From the NCBI GenBank assembly GCA_963828525.1, contig CAWHEP010000003.1:1-64000 (forward strand): a stretch of DNA of 64,000 nt, in the 5' to 3' direction. Position 1 is the first letter of the stretch. The number at the start of each line of letters is the position of its first letter. The notes under the pieces were generated by a model. The model did not search any database. It worked only from the letters and a program-made list of their open reading frames with translations, and was not told the origin of the DNA. The DNA comes from an uncultured Verrucomicrobiae bacterium. Lineage in GTDB: Bacteria > Verrucomicrobiota > Verrucomicrobiia > Chthoniobacterales > Chthoniobacteraceae. Positions 1 to 9,577 of the stretch are shown here, in pieces. The translations under genes were made by a program, and so were the position numbers.

Positions 1-227
1 TCCACGGCGACCAGATTCGCCTCAGGCGCGCAGATTACAAGGTGATAGTGGTTGCCCATCAACACCCAGGCATGCGCCCGCCACCCGGTCTTCGCGCACG
101 CCTCTTGAAAGGTCGTCAAAAACATCCGCCGATCTCCATCGGACTCGAAAATGGATTCCCGCCGGTTTCCACGCGCCATCACATGATAAAACGCTCCTGG
201 ATACTCGATTCGGATGCTCCTCGCCAT
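1..227 (-). mobile_element. RAYT-like / IS200-superfamily Y1 (HUH) transposase, N-terminal part, runs off the window edge
   Basis: Hand translation from ATG at 227 (absent from the ORF track): MARSIRIEYPGAFYHVMARGNRRESIFESDGDRRMFL...HAWVLMGNHYHLVICAPEANL. Shows YHVxxRGN and the NHYHL HUH motif. Confidence 0.9.
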
Positions 228-267
228 ACCCGTCCAAGGTGACAGATTCTTCAGAGACTGTCAATAG

Positions 268-282
268 ATGCAGCCTGACCCC
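268..282. repeat. Putative element end upstream of the first RAYT gene (ATGCAGCCTGACCCC)
   Basis: Exact 15-bp reverse complement of 929-943; the match extends to AGAAA after one mismatch. Confidence 0.8.
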
Positions 283-294
283 TAGAAATCCACC

Positions 295-759
295 CTACAG
301 TCTCTTAATGCCCGCACGCTCGGCCAGTATTTTGTTCACCGCCAAATTCATCCCAGGTTGGGTTCTAACAAATTGCTTCACTTGATCAAATGATGTGAGT
401 TCCCGGAAAAACTCGAATTCGGCATTACAGAAGGCCAACTTGATTAGCTCCCTTCGATGTTCCGCGTCCATTTTCCAATACTCCTCTTCATTCATGGCCG
501 CATCGATTTCATCCGGACATCCAGGAACACGCCCGATGGCTACTTGCAAATGGCACTCGCGGCTTTTTGGCTGCTCAGTTAAACCAAATTCCTTTACCCA
601 AACAGCAAGGTTAACAGTGTAATAGCTTCCCAATCTCGATTTCCTCAATTCGATGACGTGAACTACTTCTGAATGAACCTTATACCAATGAAGCCCATTC
701 TTCTTAAATCCCATCGACTTCAATTCATCATCCACTATTTCTTTAACGGGAATTTCCAT
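295..759 (-). CDS. DUF4304-like protein, putative polymorphic-toxin immunity protein
   Basis: 154 aa with LKSMGFKKNGLHWYK...VIELRKSR...YTVNLAV...ECHL pattern. AT-richer than flanks; ATG lies 1 nt after the toxin-tip stop. Confidence 0.7.
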   Translation of the reverse strand: MEIPVKEIVDDELKSMGFKKNGLHWYKVHSEVVHVIELRKSRLGSYYTVNLAVWVKEFGLTEQPKSRECHLQVAIGRVPGCPDEIDAAMNEEEYWKMDAEHRRELIKLAFCNAEFEFFRELTSFDQVKQFVRTQPGMNLAVNKILAERAGIKRL

Positions 760-760
760 G

Positions 761-943
761 TTAATAAGTCACAACTCTGCCTGTCCACGTGCCATCAAAC
801 TGCTGCTGAGCCGAATTAATGTAGTTCTGCAGCTGGACTTGCCCACGAGCTATTTCCGTTGGGGAATTAGCTTTGAGTTCCAGTATGTCTTGAGTGTCGA
901 AGTTGATGGCGTCTGGGGGCATTTTCTGGGGGTCAGGCTGCAT
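761..943 (-). pseudogene. Orphan C-terminal tip of an Rhs/polymorphic toxin, restriction-endonuclease (PD-(D/E)xK) fold
   Basis: PDAINF...ILELKANSP..IARGQVQLQNY...WTGRVVTY gives PD...ELK spacing. No N-terminal delivery domain; directly upstream of an immunity-like gene. Confidence 0.7.
929..943. repeat. Putative element end at the 3' end of the second RAYT gene (GGGGTCAGGCTGCAT)
   Basis: Reverse complement of 268-282; contains the transposase TGA stop (933-935, minus strand). Confidence 0.8.
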
Positions 944-1677
944 TTCTCAACAGCTCTATCCATTTGTGAAGGGCTTTGGGCAGGCTCGGTTCGCGCGACC
1001 TGCTCCTGCGAATCTGCTGGCTCGCGTTTGCTGCGCTGCTCATCGCTAAACGTTCGGAAATCCAGTTCAGATCCACTGATGTATTCTCCCAGATCACTCT
1101 CGCGATGGCAACCTTTGAGGGTTCACTCCCGGGAGAGTCTTTCAACGCTCCCGCCGTTAAGCCGGAAAGTCGCATGCCTTGCGCTAGCAATCGCTCCGCC
1201 TCCCGCAACCCATGAGCTTTGACCTCGCTGCTACCGCGATATTCTCGACTCCGCCGCTTCTTCCCAAGCGTCATCTCCCCCAGCTTGAGCATCTTCTCGC
1301 CAAATGCCTGACTGCCCCAATACCAGCCCCGCCGAAGGTTGCTGACGCGGTGATCCACCTCCGCGTCCACCACCGGAAGCCCCGCGCTCTCCATATTTGC
1401 TTCCACCGCCCGGCGATCCAGACGCTCAACGAATTTCCGCCGTCCGGACGCCGTGTCTGGATAACCGAAGCTCGCGAGGCCTTCGCTCGCCGCGAGCCAC
1501 TTCACGCGCTTGCCAGGAGCAAGCGCGTACCCCCCTGCCACGCTGCTCCAGGGATAATCCATCACGCTCTGCTCCTTTCCGGGCTTGATGATGCCCGCTC
1601 GCACAGGGTTAAGATGGACGTAGTCCAGCAGGCTCTCGTAGTAGTAGCCGCTGCCCTCCACCAGCACCGCCTTGTAT
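933..1677 (-). mobile_element. RAYT-like Y1 transposase, C-terminal part only (5' end lost at the junction with the IS4 fragment)
   Basis: YKAVLVEGSGYYYESLLDYVHLNPVRAG...DYPWSS motif and a C-terminal HTH-like tail; the HUH-bearing N-terminus is missing. Confidence 0.85.
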
Positions 1678-2474
1678 GCTTCCATGCATGCACGAAGGCC
1701 AAAAAGCGCAGTAGGACATAGACCAACAGCGCCGTCCAGACCTGCCAGCGTACGGCGTTGGCGCTGTGGCCCAAAAAATCGCTGAGTTTGAGCGTCTGCT
1801 TGATTTGCTTGAAGCAACGTCTCGATCGACCAACGGCATCGGTAAAGGTCGGCCACCCTCTGGGCGCTCCACTCCAGGTTGTTGGTCAGAAACACCATCT
1901 CCTGCTCGCGCCCATCGACCACGATCAGCGCCACGACGCGCCTCATCGGTTCGGGATGCTTTGCCCACGATCCCTTGAGCATGATTACGTCATCGCGCAG
2001 GATGCGGCCAGCGGGCTTCTTGAGTCGGCGTTCTTTAACCCGGTAACGAGGTTCTCCTTGGCCCGGGTCACCCAAAAAATGGCTCTCTGGGTCAGATCAA
2101 AAAGGTGATCAAAATCCAGATAAGCTTTATCGAAGACCACGATCTCTCCGGGGCGGATGCCCGTGCAAAGCTCGCGCGCCCGCTTGTCGTCGTTGTGAGC
2201 GGCGGCATCCACGATGGCGAAACGCGGCGGGAAGCTTCGCAGATCCAGCCGCAGATGGCATTTGGCGGCGGCCTTCCTGCGCCGGTGTTTGGCCCAGTCC
2301 ATGCAGGAGGCCACCAGCGCGATCGTCGTCGAATCGACCACGTTGATCGCGCGCCGGAATCGCCGGGCCAGTCCTTTGCCCCGGCTGCCTCGCGCAAAGC
2401 CGGGCTGGAGGGTCTGCAAATGGCTGAGGACCGCCCAGAAGAGCTTTTCGGCCATCCCTGCGTCACGCTCCTTG
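1678..2474 (-). mobile_element. IS4-family DDE transposase fragment, truncated at both ends, with two frameshifts
   Basis: Three consecutive frames give VVDSTTI...KAAAKCHLRLDL...VFDKAYLDF...VTRAKEN / FLTNNLEWSA..VADLYRCRWSIE / FKQIKQTLKLSDFLGHSANAVRWQVWTALL. Confidence 0.88.
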
Positions 2475-2721
2475 CCTGGCGAATAGTCTCGGGCGACCAG
2501 CGCGCGGGGCGCGCTGGGTCAGGGAGTCGGGCTGTCACAGTCTTTCCTCCAGTGGGGTTGAATGAGAACACGGTTGACCTGTTTGAGATCGACGATGCGG
2601 TCTGGTCTCGCTCAGAGAGAACGATGTGGCGTGTGCGCGCATGCATGGACACCCTGCAAAGCGACATCCGCGCACCCAAGACCGCGATTGCGGAATGGGG
2701 TTGTTGCTGGTATCTGACTCC

Positions 2722-3195
2722 ATGGCGAAACGCGCTGGTTTCACCCTCCTGGAACTTTGTCTAGCCTTTGTGATCGGCTTGCTGATCGTGACTGTGGCGT
2801 TGCCAAGCTTGGGATCGCTGTTTGCCGAGCAGCGGCTTGTCCGGACGTTCGAGAAGCTGGATGGACTCGCGCGGACAGCCCAGAGGTTGAGCATGCATGA
2901 CCGGAAGACGTACGAAATGGTGTGGGATCGAGGGACGATCTCTCTGCGCGTGGCTGGCGATCGGGGCGCGGACGTGAACTCGAGCGCGGCAGCGATCACA
3001 TGCGCGGAAGATGAGGGTTATGAGATTGATTTCCCCGCGGCGCTCATTGCTGATCCGCCGAAGAGATGGACGTTCTGGCCGACGGGCACATGCGAGCCCG
3101 CAAACATCGCTTACCACGGAAGCGCGGGGAGCTGGTCGGCGCGCTACGATCCTCTTACGGTTCGCGGGGCGTTCCTTGCGAGCGCCTCGCGCTAG
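2722..3195 (+). CDS. gspH: Type II secretion minor pseudopilin, GspH-like
   Basis: Prepilin cleavage motif AG|FTLLE followed by a hydrophobic helix; first gene of the H-I-J-K-L-M array. Confidence 0.7.
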   Translation: MAKRAGFTLLELCLAFVIGLLIVTVALPSLGSLFAEQRLVRTFEKLDGLARTAQRLSMHDRKTYEMVWDRGTISLRVAGDRGADVNSSAAAITCAEDEGYEIDFPAALIADPPKRWTFWPTGTCEPANIAYHGSAGSWSARYDPLTVRGAFLASASR

Positions 3196-3205
3196 AAAAG
3201 CCTTT

Positions 3206-3613
3206 GTGAGCAACGGAAAACGCCGCGCCTCGTCGAGATCGTTCATCCTGCTGGAGACAATGGTGGGCGTGGCGGTTTTCGCGCTGGGTGTTCTGACGCT
3301 GGGCGAGTCGGTGAATAATTGTCTCACCTCGGAGATCGCCAACGCGGAGGACCAACGCGCGCGGCTGGCACTACAAAACCGCGTGGCGGAAATCGAGTCG
3401 GGAGCGGCGCGGATCACGGATGGAACGAGCGAGGAGTTGAAGGGGATGTTTTCGGGGATCACCATCAAGCAGAAGCGCGTTCCGCTTGGGGCGAAGAACG
3501 AGAATGACCAGGACCTCGCCGGTCTCATCCGGATCGATCTGGAGGCGGTGTGGCAGGCGGGGACGCAGGCGCAGTCGAAAGCGATATTCTTCTATGTTTA
3601 CAACCCGAGCTAG
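3206..3613 (+). CDS. gspI: Type II secretion minor pseudopilin, GspI-like
   Basis: S|FILLETMVGVAVFALG prepilin-like motif; GTG start inferred. Confidence 0.65.
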   Translation: MSNGKRRASSRSFILLETMVGVAVFALGVLTLGESVNNCLTSEIANAEDQRARLALQNRVAEIESGAARITDGTSEELKGMFSGITIKQKRVPLGAKNENDQDLAGLIRIDLEAVWQAGTQAQSKAIFFYVYNPS

Positions 3614-4244
3614 CCCTAAGGGCGGCTTTACGCTGTTGGAGGTGATCCTCGCGGTCGGGATCATACTAATGGTGTCGGTGAGCATGTTCCGGTTTCTGGA
3701 CACGGACTTGAAGGCAATCAGCATTTCCTCGGAGCAGAACGCGAAGAATGAGTCGATCCGGGCGCTTGCGAGCATGTTGCAGGGGCAGATGAACGATCTG
3801 CCACCATCGCTGCCCGGGGCGATCCTGGGTGAATCGCACACGTTGCAACAGATGGCGAGCGACGAACTGAGTTGGAAATGCCAGGCGGGCAACGGGCTTT
3901 TCACAGCGCGCGCGGCGGGCGAATACACCGCGACGCTCGCGATCCGTCAGGACAGCCAAACAAATCAGTCCCGGCTCAGCCTGAGGCGCGCGCGGGATGA
4001 AAGCGGGACCGTCCAAACGGAGACCCGGCTGGGAGACATCGATCAGCACTGGCTGGACCTGATGGATGGCGTCGATGGATTCGAGGCGCGCTATTTCGAC
4101 TCGCGCGTAGGGCAATGGGTGGAGAGATGGACGGACCAGCAAGCGCGGCCCGCGCTGGTGCGGGTGCGGATCTGGCGAGACAAAAATCCTGAAGCTTATG
4201 AGACGATTCTAACGCTGCCCTTAGCGCAGGCTCCGACAGGTTGA
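3594..4244 (+). CDS. gspJ: Type II secretion minor pseudopilin, GspJ-like
   Basis: GG|FTLLEVILAV; C-terminal RYFD...QWVERW...PALVRVRI typical of GspJ. Confidence 0.75.
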   Translation: MFTTRASPKGGFTLLEVILAVGIILMVSVSMFRFLDTDLKAISISSEQNAKNESIRALASMLQGQMNDLPPSLPGAILGESHTLQQMASDELSWKCQAGNGLFTARAAGEYTATLAIRQDSQTNQSRLSLRRARDESGTVQTETRLGDIDQHWLDLMDGVDGFEARYFDSRVGQWVERWTDQQARPALVRVRIWRDKNPEAYETILTLPLAQAPTG

Positions 4245-4257
4245 GGGGGCCTCCTAA

Positions 4258-5169
4258 GTGATAGTCCAGCCGATCATCAACAGGGCGCGACGGGGATCGA
4301 CGCTGCTCCTCTCCCTCTGGATACTCGTTCTGCTGTCGGCGGTAATCCTCGCATGGGCGCGATACGTGGATCAGGAGATCATGGTCAGCACCGAGATGAA
4401 CCTGGGCTTAATCGCCCGAACCATGGCCCATTCTGGCCTTGCGGTGGCATTACATCCCCTCTCCACGCGACGGACACCTCTGCTGGTAAACGAATTTGGC
4501 GACCGCGGTTACCATGCGGAGATCACCGGAGAAGGAGGGAGGTTGAATCTAAACTGGCTGCTCGCAGGAGAAGAACCGCAGAAGACGAGCTTGTTGCTGC
4601 AATATTTTCGCGAGCGCGGGCTGGACCTGGAGGAGGCGCAGTCGCTGCTGGACAGCATGGAGGATTGGGTCGGACCCGCGGGGCTGCATCATATGAACGG
4701 CGCGCAGGACACGCCTGATTACCAGCCGCCGCACCGGCCGTTTGTCAGCATCGACGAAGTGAAGCTCGTGCAAAACTCCGCGCCGTTGGTTTCACAGAGC
4801 GGTTGGGAGGAGGATTTCACCCTCTACAGCCTTGGGCCGGTAGACTTGGGGGCAGCGCCTCTGCGCATCCTGCTCCTCCTGCCAGGAATTGGAGAGGAAC
4901 GGGCGCAGAGATTCCTTCAAGCCCGCGACGGGCCGGATGGGATAGAGGGGACAGCGGATGACCACGAGTTCAAAGACATGGCGGAAGCGCGCAGCTACCT
5001 CGGGATCAGCGACGCGGCGTTCACCGTACTGGGAGGGTTGGTGGGGGTGAACGATCCCACAGTACGAATCCGCAGCACAGGCTGGGTGGGAAAAGTGAGT
5101 CGACAAGTAGAGGTCGTTGCGAGGAAGGTGGGCGCGACTCCGATCAATTTTTTGTGGAAAGAACCATAA
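4258..5169 (+). CDS. gspK: Type II secretion protein GspK
   Basis: RG|STLLLSLWIL; EGGRLNLN; DSMEDW; PFVSIDEVKLV; LPGIG HhH-like segment. Confidence 0.88.
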   Translation: MIVQPIINRARRGSTLLLSLWILVLLSAVILAWARYVDQEIMVSTEMNLGLIARTMAHSGLAVALHPLSTRRTPLLVNEFGDRGYHAEITGEGGRLNLNWLLAGEEPQKTSLLLQYFRERGLDLEEAQSLLDSMEDWVGPAGLHHMNGAQDTPDYQPPHRPFVSIDEVKLVQNSAPLVSQSGWEEDFTLYSLGPVDLGAAPLRILLLLPGIGEERAQRFLQARDGPDGIEGTADDHEFKDMAEARSYLGISDAAFTVLGGLVGVNDPTVRIRSTGWVGKVSRQVEVVARKVGATPINFLWKEP

Positions 5170-6401
5170 AGCAGCGCCAGAAAGCGAGATACGTGCTCGT
5201 GAGCCCCGCATCAAGCGGGTGGCGCATCAATGAACCGGGTGAGTTCAACGGAGCCTCTCACGCCCGGCTGGTGAAATCGCTGGCGGATGTCGCGACAGCG
5301 GTACCGATTGATCGCGAGATTCACCTGGCCCTGCCTTGCGATGCGGCGATCTTCGAGCGGTTGCACTTCCCAACCACCGATTCCATAGAGCTCGGCGGCA
5401 TGGTAAAGCTGCAGTTGGAAAAGACGCTCCCCTACCCACCCGAGGAGATTACGACGGAGTTCGACGTGGTTGAGCGCACGGCAACGGATTCTGTGCTGGT
5501 CGCGGCCGCGGTGAATAATGCGCGGCTGCACACGCTCTGCCAGCCACTGCGAGACTCGCTCCGTCTGCCGCGCAAGATTACCATTTTCGTCATGCATGTC
5601 GCGGCGACCTGTGCCAAGGGCAGGGTTGTCTTTGTCGTCTATAAAGAAGACGGCAGGCTCGTGGCCGCGATCTGCGAGAACGCAAGACCGGTGCGGGTCC
5701 AGACTGTGCCGGACGCCCAGGCGCTGATGGACGAGCTGCCGCAATTCATGCTAAGCGCCGAACTGGAGGGTATCCCGGCCGGCGTCACACAGGTCAGGCT
5801 GGATAGGGCGTGCGCGAGTCTGGAAGGTCATCTCCACGGCTTCTTCGCGGCGCCGGTGGAGCTGTTCTCGCCGGACGCTCCGATGCCGCCGGTACCGCCG
5901 GGAAACCTTTTGCCCGCGCGCTGGAAGGATGAGCGGCTGCGCCTGATAAAAGTCGCCAAGATAAAGCAGCGTCTGCTTTGGGCAGGCAGCGCGTACGCGG
6001 TGCTGCTCCTTATGGTCGCGGCCTTCATCGTTTTCCTGGGCTTCCGCGTCAAAAGTCTGGAGCGGAAGCTCGAGGACGCCCGTCCCGCCCTGGCGGCCAT
6101 CAAAACCCGGCAGGATCGCTGGAATGCGGTTGCGCCCGCATTCGACCCGAGGCGCTCCGTGATTCACCTCCTGAATGAGATCAACAAGGATCTCCCATCG
6201 GATACCGCGCGTGTCACGAGCTTCCACCAGACCTTGAACGAGATGACGATCGAGATCGAGGCTCCGACAGCATCGGTCGCGATCCAGTTCGCTGACCTGC
6301 TCAAGAAAGACTCCGATCTCGCGGACTACCGATTCACTGCCAAGCCCCCGGCCTTTTTGCCCGACGGGCATGCGAGCATGAGGATCTTCGGAAAGCTATG
6401 A
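5154..6401 (+). CDS. gspL: GspL/PilM-PilN-like inner-membrane platform protein
   Basis: Cytoplasmic domain (QLEKTLPYPPEE), NLLP motif, one TM helix, periplasmic domain. Start uncertain. Confidence 0.7.
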   Translation: MERTIKQRQKARYVLVSPASSGWRINEPGEFNGASHARLVKSLADVATAVPIDREIHLALPCDAAIFERLHFPTTDSIELGGMVKLQLEKTLPYPPEEITTEFDVVERTATDSVLVAAAVNNARLHTLCQPLRDSLRLPRKITIFVMHVAATCAKGRVVFVVYKEDGRLVAAICENARPVRVQTVPDAQALMDELPQFMLSAELEGIPAGVTQVRLDRACASLEGHLHGFFAAPVELFSPDAPMPPVPPGNLLPARWKDERLRLIKVAKIKQRLLWAGSAYAVLLLMVAAFIVFLGFRVKSLERKLEDARPALAAIKTRQDRWNAVAPAFDPRRSVIHLLNEINKDLPSDTARVTSFHQTLNEMTIEIEAPTASVAIQFADLLKKDSDLADYRFTAKPPAFLPDGHASMRIFGKL

Positions 6402-6934
6402 CCCATTATCTTGCAAGAATGAGCCCGAGGGAGAAGACGCTCGGCGCGATTGTCGCGGGTGTGATTTTCATCTTTCTCAATTTGTTTCTGCTTGGCTCGC
6501 TGACTCGAAAGCAAGCCGCCCTGCGCGCCGATCTGGAAGCGAAGCAAACAGAGTGGCAGGATATCCAGAGTCTCTCCTCACAGGAAGATTTATGGACGCG
6601 GCGGGATGCCATTTTGCAGCGGAAGCTGCCTCGCTGGACAAATGAGGGGCAGGCTGGCGTGGAATTATCCAACGACCTGCAACAGATTGCGAAGACAAAC
6701 CACGTGTCCATAGAGAGTCCCGCCATAGACGCGCAGCAGACCGCTCGATTCTATAGGTCGGCGCCCGTCACGATCGAGACCAAAAGCTCATGGACGGATC
6801 TGATGCATTTTCTCTACACCCTGCAATCCCCGGAAAGATTTGTCGCGGTTGAGGAGGTCACATTGAACATCGATCCTCAAGACGCGACGGCGATGCGCGG
6901 CAAGTTCAAGATCGCGAGATTTTACGCGCCTTGA
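6398..6934 (+). CDS. gspM: GspM/PilO-like protein
   Basis: MSPREK followed by a TM helix and coiled coil; LMHFLYTLQ motif; ATGA overlap with gspL. Confidence 0.7.
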   Translation: MTHYLARMSPREKTLGAIVAGVIFIFLNLFLLGSLTRKQAALRADLEAKQTEWQDIQSLSSQEDLWTRRDAILQRKLPRWTNEGQAGVELSNDLQQIAKTNHVSIESPAIDAQQTARFYRSAPVTIETKSSWTDLMHFLYTLQSPERFVAVEEVTLNIDPQDATAMRGKFKIARFYAP

Positions 6935-7028
6935 GGAGGCTAATGACCTATGACAAGCCAGCTGGTAGCCGAGGCCAGACTCGCCTCGGCTCTCATTGAC
7001 ACTCCCGCTCCCCGCCTTATGTTTGCTC

Positions 7029-7682
7029 ATGAAGAGCGGCTATTTGGCGGCTTGCGCGATCCTGTGTGGCTTCACCGCATGGGGAGCGGATTCCAGTGAG
7101 GATTTTCCGCAAACAGCTCCGCTTGGGAGTTACTCCGAGCTTATCAGAAAGTCGATGTTTGCTCCGGCCACGCCCGTCGCTCTGCCCGAGGCGAAAGCAT
7201 CGTTTGCGGCAGACCTGTTCGTCGTCGGGCTCGCGAAAGTGGGAGCGAAAGACTTTGTGATAATTCTGAACCGCCAAACCCGCGAGAAGTTTTCGCTCCT
7301 CAGCGGCGAACCGGGAGCGGACGGCACGGAACTGGCGGGGGTGGACTGGGCGGAGGACCCGTCCCAAAGCCGAGTCACAATACGAAAAGGTGGGGATTCC
7401 TCCGCGCTGCAGTTCGACGAGTCAGCTTTTAAGAGGCCAGCGGCTCCGGTTCCGGGCATGCAGGGGGGAGGAGTGCGGCGTCCCCCTGCTTTCCAAACAA
7501 CAAACATCGGGAACGGCAACACCCGCTACAACCAGGCAAATCCGTTTCCGCCGCCAAACAACAACTTCAGCGCGCCCACTTTGCCGACGTTTGCACAGCC
7601 ACCGCCCATGCCGGTAATGCCAGCGACAATGCCGCCCAATTACATCCCGCAGCGGCTGCGAGTTCCGAGGATCACCCAGTAA
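7029..7682 (+). CDS. Exported protein with Pro-rich tail, positional GspC/PilP-like candidate
   Basis: Signal peptide, short beta-rich domain, P/Q/N-rich C-terminus; last gene of the gsp array. Confidence 0.5.
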   Translation: MKSGYLAACAILCGFTAWGADSSEDFPQTAPLGSYSELIRKSMFAPATPVALPEAKASFAADLFVVGLAKVGAKDFVIILNRQTREKFSLLSGEPGADGTELAGVDWAEDPSQSRVTIRKGGDSSALQFDESAFKRPAAPVPGMQGGGVRRPPAFQTTNIGNGNTRYNQANPFPPPNNNFSAPTLPTFAQPPPMPVMPATMPPNYIPQRLRVPRITQ

Positions 7683-7693
7683 AGCGTCGTTTT

Positions 7694-8137
7694 CTACTGC
7701 TTGCCTTGGGGAACATCCCAATTGCCAATGTCATCGGCCGTGTTGGGCACACCGTCCGGCCCCGCTGACGAGAGATCGAAAGAGTCCGTGTTGTGCGAGC
7801 CGTGCTGTGAGTAGATGTAGTCGTGCCCCCATGGATCCTTGAGATCGGAATCGCTCTTGAGGAGTTTTCGCCATTGCCGCGGACGGGGATCAGAATCAGG
7901 GGGATAAAGGAGCGCTTTCAGCCCCTGCTCATCAGTCGGGTAGTTGGTATTGGAAGACATATATACGTTCAAAGCGGTGGAAATTGTCGAAATATCCTGC
8001 TTTACCCGCACATCCTTTGCGAAGCCGATGTTCCCAGCGAAATAGTAGGTCGCCGCTCCGACAAGCAAGGCGATGATGGCCACCACGAGCATGATCTCCA
8101 ACAGAGTGAAGGCGGCGCTCGCTTTGCGTATTTTCAT
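7694..8137 (-). CDS. gspG: Type II secretion major pseudopilin GspG
   Basis: A|FTLLEIMLVVAII; YPTDEQGLKAL; DPWGHDYIY; SAGPDG...DDIGNW. Confidence 0.93.
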   Translation of the reverse strand: MKIRKASAAFTLLEIMLVVAIIALLVGAATYYFAGNIGFAKDVRVKQDISTISTALNVYMSSNTNYPTDEQGLKALLYPPDSDPRPRQWRKLLKSDSDLKDPWGHDYIYSQHGSHNTDSFDLSSAGPDGVPNTADDIGNWDVPQGKQ

Positions 8138-8160
8138 AGAGAGAGGGGCGTGAATGTATC

Positions 8161-9407
8161 CTAGTGAATATTGCCCCGCAAGCCCTGGGTCACGTTGAAC
8201 ACGGCGCTCAGGATTCCAAAAACCACCATTCCGACAAGACCGGCGATGACGATCATGATGAGAGGCGGAATGAGAGCGGAAGTGATCTTCACTCGCTTGT
8301 CGAGTTCCCGCTCATAGACATCGGCGATCATCACCATGGTTTCGCCCAGGCGCCCCGTTTGCTCCCCGACAGACATCATGTCCACGAACATCTCCGGGAA
8401 AATGTCATGCTGACGCAAGGCGCTCGAAAGGCTCGCGCCGTCCGCGACTGCTTTGCGCGTGGCGAGCATGTTCTGGAGGATGTACTCATTCCCTGCGATA
8501 TCTTCCAGCAGCTCAAGGGCCTTCAGAAGAGGAACGCCGTTCTCCATTAGATACCCAAGGTGCGGGCAAATTGAGCGTAGAACCGGAACCGCGTGATGAC
8601 GCCGTAACCGGGAATGCGCAGTAGTGCCCGATCCCATCCCCGACGGCCCTCACTTGTCTCCCTGATTAACTTGCTCAAACCGAAGATTCCTCCTGCCACC
8701 ACGAGGACGGTCCACCAGTAGCCAACGAAAAGATGGTTTGCCGCAAGAAGCAGGCGTGTGGGCAGCGGGAGCGTTCCCCCGGTCTCCGCGACGAAGCCAG
8801 TGACCTGCGGAACCATCTTCGTCATGAAAAGGATGATCATTCCGATCCCGGCAACCACGAGGACGGCGGGATAAATCAGCGCCTGTTGCACCCTGTCGCG
8901 AAGATCTTTGATCTGACCGAGGTGAGCGACCAGGCGACGCAGGATGATGGAGAGAGTGCCACTGGCTTCTCCCGCAGAAACCATATTTACGTAAAGCGGA
9001 CTAAAAATACGGGGGAAGTCCTTCAGCGCGTTAGAGAAGCTTCGCCCGTCCAGAAGGGCGCGATGCAGAGATTCGCAAACTGAATGAAGCCTCGGCTGCT
9101 TGAGGCGTTTCACGAGTACGCCAAGAGCTTCATCGAGCGTCATTCCCGCTGAAAGCAAGTGAGCCAACTGCTCCGTCAGTAGGAACTGCTCCGCTGTCGG
9201 TAAAGAGCGAACGCTGCCGCCTGAAGTAATGGAAGCGTTTGCGGGTGTGAGAGTCGGTGTCATGCTGCCGCCGACCTGATCGATTTGGATAGGGGTCAGC
9301 CCCTTCTCGCCGATGACCGCAAGAGCAAGGGTCCGGGAATCAGCATCCACGCTGGCTTCGATTAGGATCCCCCGTGAGTCCCGAGCGGAATATTTAAAGG
9401 TTGGCAT
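8161..9407 (-). CDS. gspF: Type II secretion platform protein GspF/PilC (frameshift near 8550)
   Basis: MPTFKYSARD, YVNMVSAGEASG and QALIYP in ORF 8547-9410, continuing as ENGVPLLKAL...VGEQTGRL in ORF 8161-8637. Confidence 0.9.
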
Positions 9408-9577
9408 CAACTATCTCATTCTATGTATATGTAGTATAATATGACGTAAGTATCACCGCTTGTGATCATTACATCGCTATTAAAAATAGGAAGCCACTGC
9501 TTATGCCCACCAACCTCGCGGTTCTCGGCGCAAAGGAACGGTAGCTGCTTAAAGAGCAAGTGAGAGGAGGAAACGCC

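Noticed and set aside
933..2075. 380-aa ORF as a single novel transposase
   Set aside because: It is a chimera of an IS4 middle segment, an out-of-frame stretch and a RAYT C-terminus.
2475..2720. Possible gene remnant between the IS4 fragment and gspH
   Set aside because: No recognisable motif in any frame; cannot support a call.
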